This document shows positions 41,699-54,251 of a DNA stretch of 64,000 bases, piece after piece. The notes beneath the pieces are model-generated. The model was given only the letters and a program-made list of their open reading frames with translations. It searched no databases and was not told the DNA's origin. Numbering within the stretch: position 1 is the first letter of the stretch; each line of letters opens with the position of its first letter. The translations under genes were made by a program, and so were the position numbers. The DNA is from Podarcis tiliguerta (Eukaryota): the NCBI GenBank assembly GCA_965153285.1, contig OZ229111.1. One strand, written 5' to 3'.

Positions 41699-44600
41699 CT
41701 GTAGGAAAAAATGGGAAAAGGGGAGAAGAAGATGCATTTATCTTGTTTTAAAATAATCCTGTTCTTTTTAAACTCTTTCACTATATTTTGAAGCATTTTA
41801 AATAACAATAATAATAATTTAAAGACTTGGGGAATCACATTTACAAACATTTGCAAGCATTTGTCTTGACACGTTCTAAAGTTAACAAACCCTGAATCCT
41901 CAAGGCATATTAAAGATATATCAAAGAAGCTGGATTCAAATCAATCAAACCAATTTTACAATTGATAAAAGAGTCCAGTTTCCAGTTAATAGAAGTTTCT
42001 TCATTTGATTGTTTGGTACAAACTGCCTCCGCTTGTTCTGAATGTAAGAGCAAACATTACGGATGCTCTTAAATCCATAATATGTGAAGTCATTTCAATC
42101 ACTACAGAAACTGGAATGTATCCCTGCTGACATAAACAAACAAGCAAACCAATCCTTTCAACATAAATATGCATTGCTTCTTGGCTAACATAGTAATTCT
42201 CTCTTTGATAACTGAACACACTTTCCCCAAAAGACAGTTATCTTTAATGCTATACAGCAATTACTACTACTATGGATCCACCAATTTTGTCAAGCATTAT
42301 TTGTGTTTGCTACTAACTCTGCTCCTTTTCTGAGGCTACTGACGTGTACAGAGGACTTAGGCAGAGTAGAGTTGCCTGTGGCTTTGTACTGCGTTTTGAA
42401 GAAACTCAAGATTGCCTCCAAATCACAGCATGAAAACAGAGGCCACCACTGCATCTCTCCAGGCTTGGGAGAGGGGTGAGTCTTGTCTCTTCATGTTGCA
42501 TTTTGTCACACTGCATTTTGCAGACTCCTGTGGGTGGTGTGACAGAAGACAAGGTATGGGGGAAGACTGCAATCAACCTGGCAGTCAAATTTGTGAACCC
42601 TTGATAATAACTAGCAACATGCCTCCTGTGATGACGGATAAGAGAACTTCTATAGAGGGAAGGCATGTATATTGCAGAGCACCCTGGGGTAGATTTTGCT
42701 CTCACCACAATACTCTCCCAAGAAAAGCTATTTATTTCCTCCTGTTGAAATGAATGGCAGAAAGTTAAAGGCTACACTCAGAGATACCACAGGATGGGGG
42801 GGGGGGGGCTGATTCCCTAAACCAGGCCCCTAAGTCTAAGTTTTAAAATTAAAGCTATAAACCATCCTGATATCTGTTTCTTGGACATGTCAGAGGGTGA
42901 CAGAATGGTTCCATGGTAGTCAGAATTGTGGGCACAGATTTTTGGATGTCATTCAGCAACAAGAACATCTGTATAATGAAAGCACCTTGTGTTGTTTTTC
43001 CCCCCAGAAGCCCTTTACACACACCACAGCACACCCAGGTATACTAAATTCATAGCATCTACATGACAAAGATGAAGCTGGTGGTCTATGGAAATGTACC
43101 TTTTTTGTAAGTATGTACCTTTTTTAGATTTTAAAAGCTAAAGACTTAATTCTTAACAGCCAGCCTTCTGCAAAACTCTTATTATGGTGTGCATTCTTAA
43201 TCAAAAAGTAGAACTGGAACATCAGAATCTGCTCTGCTTGTGGATTCTAAATATTTAATTAACTCATTTCAGAGAGAACCTGTTGCAAAGCCAATGCCAA
43301 TGTACGTTTTACTGTTAGCTTATACATCCAGCACTCACCCTCCTCCTTTCTCCTGCTGACTTGTATATTGAATTGATGCTTGACTGCCCCCGGTCTTATA
43401 TCCTTTTCTACATCCTCCATCTATTAGCCCATATATAGGCTATATATAGCCCATAGCCACCCATATATAGCTTGTCACTGCTAAGCATGTGCTCTAATCC
43501 AGGAGTGGCCAATGTGTGATCCTCCAGATGTTGCTGGACTGCAGCTCCCATCACCCTTCAACAATGGCCATCTAGAGAGCCGCAGGTTGTCTGGGTCCTG
43601 TTGTAAAGCAAGCTAAGCAGATAATGAAAAATCCAAAATGAAAGCAGGTAGGGATAGCAGGGGGGCAGTGTGCCCTGATCCCCATAATGGCCATTGTCTA
43701 CAGTGTCCTAAACTTCGGTGTTCTCCTAACCTGTATGGGAGGACAACTGGGACTGAAAGACCCAGCTTGGATGCTCAGAGACGAAGCGATAAACAAACAC
43801 AATGTGTGAGACTGCAGAGCATGCTTATTGCATGCAATATGTGGAGGTTGGGATGAGAACATAAGAAGAGCCCTGGATGATCAGCGAAAAGGCCCATCTG
43901 ACCAGTATTCTGTTCTAACTGTGGACAACTGGATGTTTATGAAGAAAGCCTGCAAGCCGGACCTAAGTGTCACAGCACTCTCCCCACTTGTGTTCCATAG
44001 CAAATGCTAATCAGAGGCATGCCACCACCAATATTATAGATAGTATACAGCCATCATGGCTAGTAGTCACTGATAGACTTATCCTCCGTGAATTTGTCTA
44101 ATCCTCTCTTAAAGCCACCATTGTTACTATATCCTGCAGTACTGAAGTCCATAGTCGAAGTGTGGGCTGTGTAAAGAAATATGTTGCTTTGTCTGTCCTG
44201 AGTCTTCCAACATTCAGCTTCATTACATGACTCCAGATTACAGTATTATGAGAGAGTGAGAAAAATATGCCTTTTCTGAACCTTTCCCAACCCTACAAAT
44301 ATACTTTTCCAGATACAACAATCAGAACTGAACAGAGTCTTCCAGGTAAACTTGCACCATAGATTGGTATAGTGGCATTATAACATTGGCTGTTTTATTC
44401 TCAATCCCTTTCCTTGTGTTCCACCCCTAACATAGAATTTTCCCTTTCCACAACTGCTGCACCCTGGCTCAACACGTTTATCGACACCTGAACTTATCCT
44501 TTTCCTGCCTTTTTTTGTACATGCATTTTGTAGGTGCCTTAACTCTCAAATCAAAGGTTTTTTGATCCTAGAATACAGAATAACATTATCAATGAAACTG

Positions 44601-46265
44601 GAATCTCTCTAAAGTTTACAATTAAAGGATTGTTTGGAAGAAGCAGCCTAAATTACAAAGAAAGAAGATGCAACGGACCTTGATAAGGATCTTAGATTCT
44701 AGCTTACCAAGTGTGCATGCGGGAAGCAGCTTCTAACTGTGCTCTAAACTTGAGGATATATGTGAGGGGGGAAAGACGAGGGATGCAAAGGAAATTAGAA
44801 AGAGAAATTGTCAAGAAGCTTTGCACAGGCAGGGGGTGAACTAATATCTTTTGATCACTGCTCTTCAGACAGAACAAAGATGTAGCAATGATACCTTTAC
44901 AAATGCTTTTTCTCCCTTTACTGAGGCAATATGGGGGGGGGATGTTGCCATGTCCTGTGCTCCTTTGCATAATCTAGTGACAAGAACCTAGTTCTTGTGC
45001 TGCTTCACCTCCAGTGCTGTGAGCACATACAGAGATGCAAAACAGAGGTTGATTGGGGGACAGCTTAAGATGGCTCCCTTGGGGTGGGTGAAGGTAACTC
45101 TTGGATGTTGCTAGCATGTTTCCCACAGTCCAAAGAATTAATGGATCTTGCATTAAATCTCAGAGAAGGGAGAGTGGGGACAGAGTCTGAGAATGATGAG
45201 TGGCTGGCCCATCAGATTGCACGGGTCAGATCAGCAGCTGGGTCCATTGCTAGGTTACCCAAGGAGAAGAAGAGTTCCTGCCTCAGGTGACCGTTTGATG
45301 CAACAGCAAACGTTGTCAGATTCACTCTACAATTATTTCTCCTAGAACCGTTTCGTAATTCCGCCCCCTCCTCCAAGTTGCACTGCTTTCTCCTTCTTCT
45401 CCCCCCCCCCCCGCACTTCCGTCTTTCTATTTTTATGAGATGTCAAAAACGAAGGCGGTCAACCTCTTGACCCCTCTCCTTGGCAAAGGGGCACCACTGA
45501 AAGTGAACTCCAAAAGAGGGAGGGGGGCTTATCTTGCCCCTGGCGCGCGCGAGGAAAAGCACACGCGCGCGTGCGATATCAAAGTCGCTGTCAATTTCAG
45601 GAGAGATGAATCATTTCCACGCAGCTCGCTCTCTGGGAGAAAGAGGAGCGGGAGGTTGACGGGGGGGGGGGGCAGCAGCAGCGCCTGCCCGAGCCTGTTT
45701 GCAAAGGCGATTAACACACACACGAGCCCCATGTGTCGTCTCTCCCTCGGCGCTCGGCGAAGAGGTGGAAGGGGGAGGGAGAGAGAGAGAGCGCTGCTCG
45801 CCCGCCTTCCGCAAGAGCCTTAACCACCACGGCACATGCCCGGGGCGCCCACAGCAAAAAAACAAAAACCCCAACCCTCCCGTCGAAAGGCGTCGCGTCC
45901 CGCTTCTCGCCCTTCCTTCCCTCCCCAGCCTCGCGGCGAAAGGCAGACGTGCGAAATCAATGCAACGCGCTCCCGCGGGAAGGGGAGGCGGCCGCGGGGA
46001 GCCCGCGCACCGGGGGCGGCAGCAGGAGGCTCGCTCGCCTTCGCCTCGGGAGCCTGCCATAACCCCGTGACCCCCCAGCCCTCCAGCCCTTCCTTTCGCC
46101 AGCCCCTTAATCCTCCCCGCGGTTCCCTCCTCTAATCCCAACATCCCCAAAATCCCTCGCTCTTTTAATCCCAAGGCATCCTCCTCCTGCTGCTGCCGCG
46201 GTTGTTGCTGCTTCGGGAGGCGGCTAGGGATGGAGGTGGGGGGCTGGAAGGTGAGGGGCTCTTAC
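41699..46265 (-). other. CACNA1D: CACNA1D intron 1 (U2-type GT-AG)
   Basis: gtaaga donor; pyrimidine-rich acceptor tcttcttctccccttttcccattttttcctacag. Confidence 0.85.
43855..44470 (-). mobile_element. CR1 LINE 3' fragment in intron 1
   Basis: agaacataagaagagccctggatgatcag... 3' end, homologous to 2040-2600. Confidence 0.7.
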
Positions 46266-46302
46266 CATCAGGGAGCTGCGGCTGCTGCTTCTGGGGCATC
46301 AT
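46266..46302 (-). CDS. CACNA1D: CACNA1D coding exon 1 (MMPQKQQPQLPD + first base of Glu)
   Basis: Minus strand reads gtgacc ATG ATG CCC CAG AAG CAG CAG CCG CAG CTC CCT GAT G|gtaaga. It has A at -3, a canonical donor, and a phase-1 end that joins exon 2 (AA GCA...) to give Glu. There is an in-frame stop upstream (46431-46429). It lies in the CpG island, and the Q-rich N-terminus resembles Cav1.3 orthologues. Confidence 0.85.
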
Positions 46303-46531
46303 GGTCACTTTCTTGCGGGGCCCCCCGAGACGCGGGCGCCGCTCCTTTCGCCCTCCTTCTGCCCGTCGCCGCTCCAAGCCAGGCGTGAGGCGATGCCCCC
46401 CTCTTGGCCCTTGCCCCTGCGCTGCCTGCTATCCGGCGGTCCCCATGATGGCAGGGCGGGCGAGCGAGCGAGAGGGCAAGGGCTTGGAACGGGGTGGGTG
46501 GGAAGAGTCGCTGTGGCTACTACAACAACCA

Positions 46532-46788
46532 CCGCCGCCGCCGCCGCCGGTTCTTCTTCTCCGCCGCCGCTGCTTGCAAATCCCTTCGAGTTTGGGCCAA
46601 CATGACACTCACATCCGGGTGACACGGGCGCTCTCCATCCCTAGCAACCCGCCGCCGCCGCCGCCGCGGCTGCACCCTCTTCCCGCCCCGGCTGCCGCCT
46701 CTCTCGAGCCCGCAGCCGCTGCCTGGCTGCCTCCCGCGCAGCCGTCGCCACGCGGGTTAACTCTCTCGCGCCTGCCGCCGCCGCCGCC
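46532..46788 (-). repeat. Three short (CGG)5-6 trinucleotide tracts in putative 5' UTR
   Basis: (CCG)6 at 46532-46549, (CCG)6 at 46649-46666 and (GCC)5 at 46774-46788 on the + strand. Confidence 0.9.
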
Positions 46789-48723
46789 ACCTGCTGCTCA
46801 GCGAGGAGGAGGAGGAGGAGCAGGCGCGCGCAGCGAAGGAGAGAGGCAGGCTGAACCGCGCAGTAAGCAGCCTAGAGGCGAGCTCCAGACCGGCGTCCAC
46901 AAATAGCAAAGAGCGCGCCGCGGCCTTAACCCCTTCCTCCCTCCTCCTTCGCGCTCTTGAAGGTCTTGGAAGCGGGAGAGCGCAACTGCGTTGCGAGGGG
47001 GTTCAAGGCCGCCGGGAGACCAGGCCCGCCTCAGGCGTGCAAGCTGCGCTTCGTACTCCCAGAAGAGCTGCGTGCGTGCATGCGTGCGTCTGGGCGTCTG
47101 ACCCACCTCTAGCTCCTCTAACTGGGCGTGAGCCTCGCGCTAAGGCGCCCGGGCGCGTATTTGCCACCAAGGGAACCTCCAGGGTCAGAGGCTTGCAGCG
47201 CCTGGGCTTTGCGCGCGGTTTTGCCCATATGCGAACTTCCGGTGGCATCTGGGCTGCGGATGCTGCTGCCCTGGTAAATAAGAGCAAGGGAATTATGGAG
47301 GGAGGCCTTGCGCGTGAGGGATGGGCACTTTTTACACAGAGGGGGAGAAAGCAGCAAAAACTACACTGAAGCTTCTCGTGTTGCACACGTGTTTGTGAAA
47401 GCTGGCAATGCGGGTGGAAGAGAAAGCATCTCTTCCTTGTCACCCAGGGGGAATTTAACACTTGCCTTAGGTCAGGACCAGCCACGTGTTGAAAACGCGA
47501 CGGCCAGCAGGCTGTTCATATTGAAAGAGGTGAAGTTGTGGGCAGGATGCCTTTTCCTCCTTCCCACTGCAATCCATATCTGAGAGTTAGGAGGGAAGGG
47601 TTTCCAGGTCAGATCGTGTGCATGCGCTGAAAGACTCAAATGAGCCCACCATCACCATGCCTTTATTTTATTTTTTAAAAGTAAAGCACTGTGGAGGAGG
47701 CTTGATGTGGCTCCTCATGACTGAAGCAAATGTACTGTGCATATCTTCTTTTGTTAGTGCAAGAAGAGTCAATCAGCTTGACAGGGAACTTGGACACTCA
47801 GGGAGGGAGGAGAGTAGGTGGGTTTCTTCCTTACATAACTTGCAGTGCTCTTTCATCATTTCTTTTCCCATTTCTCCTCTTTCCTCTACTGCCCACTTTT
47901 GGCTGGAAAAGTTAGCCAGGGAGATTGGTGCTGGTGGCGGCAAAGATGCTCTGGTGAACGTTGAGTGTCCCTGTTTGCAAAATGGCTGCTCCTCCACTAT
48001 GGGGCAAGAGAGTTTTTCTGGCATAGCTTAGAATGGCTTGAGCGGAATGACATATGAGAGTCAGAAGATGGAGGGTTAGTTGCTTTCTCTCTCACTTAAC
48101 TGACAGAGACTCTTTAGGCACTATGTGCACCCTCTTTGCAAGGCACACGGAAACACTTAACTAGCGCTCCCTCTGCTTCTTGTCACACTAGCACCTAGGT
48201 GGCCAAGTGGCACCTAGGTGGCCATATTGCTTTCCTCCACCGTCTAACTACAACTTCAGCAGCCTAGTCTTGCCACTGAAAATGACAGGAGTAGTTTAGA
48301 AAGATTGTACTTGTGGATCTTTCATCCATCACCTTCCATGATGTATGCTTTCAGATCTATATCCATGCCACCATTTACACCCACTTATTGATCCCCTATT
48401 CATTCCAAACCTCTTTAATGAGCCAATACCGTACCAGCCACTAACCTGTTCTCTTTCCATGTATAATAGAGGCAGCCAGTTTTATCTAGATAAATATACA
48501 ACAACAATAACCTGACTTAGGTCCTCACTGCTCACATACTGAGGGAGCAACTTCTGCCAATCCCTCCCCCTTAATCTGCAGCCTCACCTATCATTTTCCA
48601 CACAGTTTCCAACAGTCCCCCAACCCTGAGAAGCAGGTTTTTTGCAAGAGGGGATACAGGGGGCTGCAGAAAGAAGCAAGAAAGCCCAAATCCATGAACT
48701 TCCATTCAAAGAAAAGAAGTTAG

Positions 48724-48779
48724 TGTAGAGTGGGTTTACTGGATCCCTGTCCAGGGGGATCCAGTAAACCCACTCTACA
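48724..48779. repeat. Perfect 24-bp inverted repeat with 8-nt spacer
   Basis: TGTAGAGTGGGTTTACTGGATCCC-tgtccagg-GGGATCCAGTAAACCCACTCTACA. Confidence 0.95.
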
Positions 48780-51700
48780 AGTTAGGATCCAAGCCAATGT
48801 TTCTAAGTGTTCTCACACTGATGACATTTTACTTTTGCAGCTCACATAGCATATAGTTTAGTAAATACATCAAGTAATTTAATGCAAATTATTTATCTTT
48901 GTTTTGCCACTCTGGAGTTGTATTTTTTTAAAAAAAAATTACATTCATACTTCAATATCATAATATGTAATGCAATATCATAATTAGAACTGCATATGAA
49001 ACACTTTAATTAAATTATCCAATGAAATAGACGCTAATGAATACAGTCATTCATCCTGCAGAATAGGTGCTTTTCATCTGCTTTCTTTAGTAAACTAAGA
49101 TATCCAATTATTCTGCCAAAATTGATTTGTTTTTAGTACATTAATGGAATACAGTGTTGACTGTCTTATTTGCTATTACATTACTTACATGCTCAATGTT
49201 AATACTTGCCTATGTTTAATAGCAAATGCTGTGAATAATGAGATTTTGGAGGGGGAAATAGCTTTTAATGGAATAAACGTAGTGTTCTTGTCTGCAATGT
49301 TATCCCTGTAACATCACATCATACCTTACTGAAATAATTCATTCACACTTTTATATTAGTGAAATGGCATGTGAAGAAGCTAGCCTGTTAATTGTTCACT
49401 GTCTCCCCACTAGTCTGAAAAGTAATGATTTAGGGATGTAAATCATAATTAGAGGAGCAATCCAAGCCGCTGGTGTGCAGCAACAGGACTTAAAGGAATA
49501 GGGCCACCAATGCTCACTCTGAATAGGGTAAAACGTGGGGAGGGAAATCTTGTATTTTTGTTGTGCCTGCTCCAGGGTGGCACAGAAGAGAGGCCCTGAT
49601 TGGGCTAAATGCTGGTAGCTGCACCATCTTATAATTCAGCAGATCCATTTTGGGAGTATACAAGAAGTGTAGTCAGGAGCTCTGTGACAGCAAAGGTCCA
49701 CCCCTGATGGAAGATCCAGCACAACCATGCAAAGCTGGACAGAGGGACATCTGCACCTCTACCAAACCCCCTCCAGTGTGGTAGATAAGTGTGAGATAAC
49801 AAGCCTCATAATTAATGTGTGTAAGTCTAATCAATGCATGAAGGGGTTAATACTATAGAGTTAGCTGTCCTGCCAGGCTTAGCTCACCTTGGGCACTAGA
49901 TAATCAATACTTTCTTCCCCTTCAGTCAACATGTGAAGAAGGCTGCTTGTTGCTCCAAGCTCAGAGCTTATGGCTCTCAAGCCACTCAAATTCCTATACC
50001 AATAATTTAGGAACTTTCACCACTTTGCAACTAAGCCAAGTTTTTCTGCCTGTGCAGTTTTTGGAAGCACATGAATCTCACCTTTGGAGAGTTTGTAAGT
50101 AAACACATTTTAAACTTAGCAAACGTGTGGTCTTCCCCTATGCCAGGGGAAGTGGGAAGCCTTGGAACTCACTTTAAAGGGCATATGTTAAAGGTCTGAC
50201 AACCTGTATTTTTACTCTTTGCTGCATATTTTGTGATTTTAAATCTACTGGGGTTCTTTCACCAAATAGTACTTGCCCCAAACCTGGGTCTTGGCATCTA
50301 GGAAATTCTCCTATATATACATTGCTCTTGCATTGTTGGCATCTGTCTATCACGGGAGACAATGGAGTGCACCTTTAGGGGTGAGGTCAAAACTGTTGGA
50401 AGGCTAGACCGCCTTCTCTGGCTGTAGAGACCGATATGAGAGATACATGTTTTGTTACAGCTGGGGCAGATGAAGGCATCCGGTTGTGCTTCTACAGATG
50501 CACATGGTGTTTCTATATACAGAGAGCAATAATTCTACTTCTTTTTTCCACCAGCAATAAGACCATATGACAGACCCTGCTGAATCCGACCAAAGGTCCA
50601 TCTAGTTCACCATCCTGTTTTCACAATGGCCAACCAGATGCCTATGGTAAGGTCACAAGCAGAATTGGGAGTTTTGATTGCGCTGTATGTTCAGCAGAAC
50701 ACTTAATGCAGGGATGTACAAGCAACCCACAGTTAGCCCAAGAAAACATCCTATAATTTGCCCCCAAAGCAGTTGAGATTTTGCAAGCGTTCCTTTTCAA
50801 CACTCACAAAAGATTCTATGATACCTGCAAAGCTCACATTTCTGCTGCCTTCTCCCCACTTCTGAACAAATTACCGTTGGGGTGACAGGATAAGAAGGTG
50901 GCTGCAGTCCTTCTTAAGATCTCTGGCAGAGCATTCCACCCACCCACCCTGCCATCTATGACAGAGTCCCAGGGCAGCAGCAACTCCTTAGATAAATGAA
51001 CTAGGGGAAATCAGGAATAGCAGCACAAGTGTGAAATGTAGACAGCAGAATCCTTTTTTAGTTAAGGCCACTGGAAAACAGAGATATTAATGATATACTG
51101 CTGTCAGCAGCAATATTTCTGCAAAATCCTTGACTTATGCATTCATATTTTCTTCTCTAACTTATGAAATGCACACCTACCTGAGACAGGTTCAAAATAT
51201 GTCAAAAATTCTGCTTGATCATTGCTTGATGCCAGGTGTGCAGAATGTACAGCTTTCTATATTCCTAAGTTCTCTGTCCTCCCCCAAAATCGCCTGGTTA
51301 AAATTGTTTCCACTTTAGAAAACATCACTTTAGAAATCTGATAGCTGGTACCATGGCTTAACTGAAGGGCCAATAATAAAGGCATCTGCCTATGTATATA
51401 TGGGTAGGATATACTCAAACTTAAGTGTCTTTGCACTGGCACTATGTCACTAGATGTCATCTTGCTCGACCAGAGCTCCAACCCCACAGCCTAAAAACTG
51501 CAGTGGAACACTACTAGGCTGTACAGTTCAAGGCCTTGCATGCCCCCTAAGTAGATGTGGAGAGAACTAAAAAATACCCCTGGCTGAGACCCTGGGCATC
51601 CATTAGAAGAGACCTTATGCTATCCAGAACATCTCTTTTGGTGTAATGTCACATCATATGCACATATATGTTCAGAGATGCACATTAGCTACAATAATTG

Positions 51701-51972
51701 GAAACCCAACTTGAATACCAATATGGTCTGCCTTGATTAGCACCTTGTATCTGTGAAAGTTAGTAAACAGATAATAGCTTTCCCATAATTTGTGGACAAG
51801 CATCTGCCAGTATTTCTCAGCCAGGCCATTTTCTCTGCTGGAACTTACCAGGAAGTTGTTACAGTAAGTCGTTGGGTGACTCAAGGCAGCCCTGAACAGA
51901 TGCCGGTTTGACAACAGCTGCATTCACACCACCTGCACAGGTGCTAAAATCTACAACAAACTCTCCCTAGCT

Positions 51973-52191
51973 CAGGGGTTGGCAAGGTTTACCTCGCTTT
52001 ACCTCATTCTCGCAGAGATCGCTCTGTGGGCCAGATTGCTTCTGTGCTTCCAGTGCTGCAGAAGCGAGTCCTCGCTCTGCGCTGCGCCACTTTAGTGCAG
52101 CGCGCAGGGACTTGCCAAGCAGGCAGCTCGGTTTGGGGGCAGCTCGTGGACCATTTAAATGACCCCGTGGGCCGCAGGTTGACAACCCCTG
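51973..52191. mobile_element. hAT-type MITE (family C)
   Basis: TIRs caggggttggcaa / ttgacaacccctg; perfect TSD ccctagct; CpGs retained, so probably young. Confidence 0.9.
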
Positions 52192-53615
52192 CCCTAGCTG
52201 GTCGCCCCTGGTTCTGGTGCAAGTCAAATAAATGTGCCCCCCTCCCTTGTTCTCTTACATTCTGGCAGATGGCTAGAGCAGCTTGGAAGGGCCCTCACAC
52301 ACACATGTGCAACGGTAGAGGCACACGGCTAGGAGTGTAGTGACTAGGAGCTAGGTGGAGTTACAGATCTAAAAAACAGGCCACATACTGGCCAGCTTCC
52401 GTTTTGACTTTAAATGTTCGTTTTGGGCTTCTTAGAAGTATGTAAAGGCACAAAGTGGGCAGGTGGAGTGCCGGCCCGCAATGGGGTCCACCTGAGAGGT
52501 GCTGGAACTGCACACTCTGGCTGAAAAAAAGTACTTTAAACGAAGTTTAAACAAAGCTGATTTAAGCTTCCCTTGCTAAAATAATCTGTTTATAGTCCTG
52601 TTCCCCAAAATATAAACACTGATCCTGTACAAGTTGCCCTGAACTTTGCAGTTGACTAAGGGAATGGAAGCAAAAGTATTGATCGAACAATTACAACCTC
52701 CAGAACACAATAACAGGGAATCTACTTATGTGGAAGGAAATTCAAGCCTTGGGGCTAAATATTAGATATTGCACAGTAATTCATAACAACAATGTAGGAA
52801 AGAGCTGTGTTGGATTTCATAAGCTAACAGAGAGTGCTCAATGACCTCTTCTCTATCACGAGAACATCTCTGATGTCCTGGAGTAGTGATAGATGAGATA
52901 TTATAAAATGCTTGAAACTTATCCAGCGCAGTATCAAATTAACGTTTCTGAAATAACAAACAAATCATGGGCTATATGCCGACTTCCTACAAGTTGCCCT
53001 TGAACATAATGGAAACCTGTTGAGAACAACCACCTCTCAATATTCCAAGGCACTCAGCTGACAGATGAGCCAAATCATTACCATGAAATTATGGTTTGGA
53101 AGCAAGGGTGTAACATTATTTTCCAGAGACTAGGAAATTTACATCTCAATATAAGTTTCTAGTTTCCAGTAATTAAATAAGAATTATATATCCAAATGAA
53201 TGGATGCTGGCAGGTACATCAACACAGTACAATAAGGTTTTTTATTATTCATGCAAAGTAAAACAGGCTCAAGTGGACCATATCTTGGGACCCTTCCAGT
53301 TTGCTATTGTATATTGGTTCTTTGAAAGTACCTTTCGGAACAGAGACCTAGCTATGAAGAGTGCTAGGCATTAATATCTTCAGTCATTTAATCTGCACAC
53401 TGTAGTTCTTTGCCCTTAGGTCATTTATTCCCATCAATTAAATGCATGGTTCTCCAGCAATGATTCTTAGTCAACCTGGCAAGTATTGCTTGAAAAACCA
53501 TTTCAACCTGAGAAAGGTTTGCATATTGGATAAGAGATCCAATGAAATTGCTGTTAAAATTGGCTAATAGCAAGAAAGATATGCTGGTGACAATTATTAG
53601 GGAGACACTGTTTGA

Positions 53616-53869
53616 NNNNNNNNNNNNNNNNNNNNNNNNNNNNNNNNNNNNNNNNNNNNNNNNNNNNNNNNNNNNNNNNNNNNNNNNNNNNNNNNNNNNN
53701 NNNNNNNNNNNNNNNNNNNNNNNNNNNNNNNNNNNNNNNNNNNNNNNNNNNNNNNNNNNNNNNNNNNNNNNNNNNNNNNNNNNNNNNNNNNNNNNNNNNN
53801 NNNNNNNNNNNNNNNNNNNNNNNNNNNNNNNNNNNNNNNNNNNNNNNNNNNNNNNNNNNNNNNNNNNNN
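53616..53869. other. Assembly gap (254 N)
   Basis: Run of N. Confidence 1.
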
Positions 53870-54251
53870 CAAATGTAGAATCATGGTGATTTATTTGAAA
53901 GGGTCTCTTCTATATTTCCCTCCTTAACTGAAAATGTACTTTGGCACTGGGGTCTACTTTCCAGGTAATGTATTGTAAAGCTCGCTTACAGCAATCCTGT
54001 GCATATTTACTCATAAGTAAGTCTCACTGTGTTCAATGGGGGTTACTCCTAAATGCACTGGGACTGCAGCCTTATGTAACAATTTGTCTTGGAATAACAA
54101 CCCTTTGTTTATGGATAGGAAAAGTTGAGGTGCAAACAGGGTCAATGAACACTTTACATGCCACCTTTTCTAGGTAGCTTAAAGCATTTGGCTATGGAGC
54201 TGAGTTGAGAGCAGGAGGAAGATTTTCAGAAGAAGCCATAAGAAACTAGAA

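Larger units (their letters stand above)
45480..47420. promoter_or_regulatory. CpG island / CACNA1D promoter and 5' leader
   Basis: Abrupt switch to very GC-rich, CpG-dense sequence around exon 1. Contains GC boxes, an ETS-like ACTTCCGG (~47235), E-boxes CACGTG (~47386, ~47483) and CCG tracts. TSS cannot be placed exactly. Confidence 0.9.

Noticed and set aside
44704-44970. Possible alternative first exon in intron 1 (donor TTG|GTAAGC)
   Set aside because: The open ORF ends in phase 2, incompatible with phase-1 exon 2, and the compatible frame has a nearby stop and no ATG.
45440-47583. Many long overlapping ORFs (e.g. 46202-46906 + 234 aa; 45611-46174 - 187 aa)
   Set aside because: Low-complexity Pro/Arg/Gly/Ala translations expected in a stop-poor CpG island; no recognisable domain. 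Only 46266-46302 fits the CACNA1D splice frame.
53542-53889. ORFs with X runs
   Set aside because: Artefacts of the N gap.
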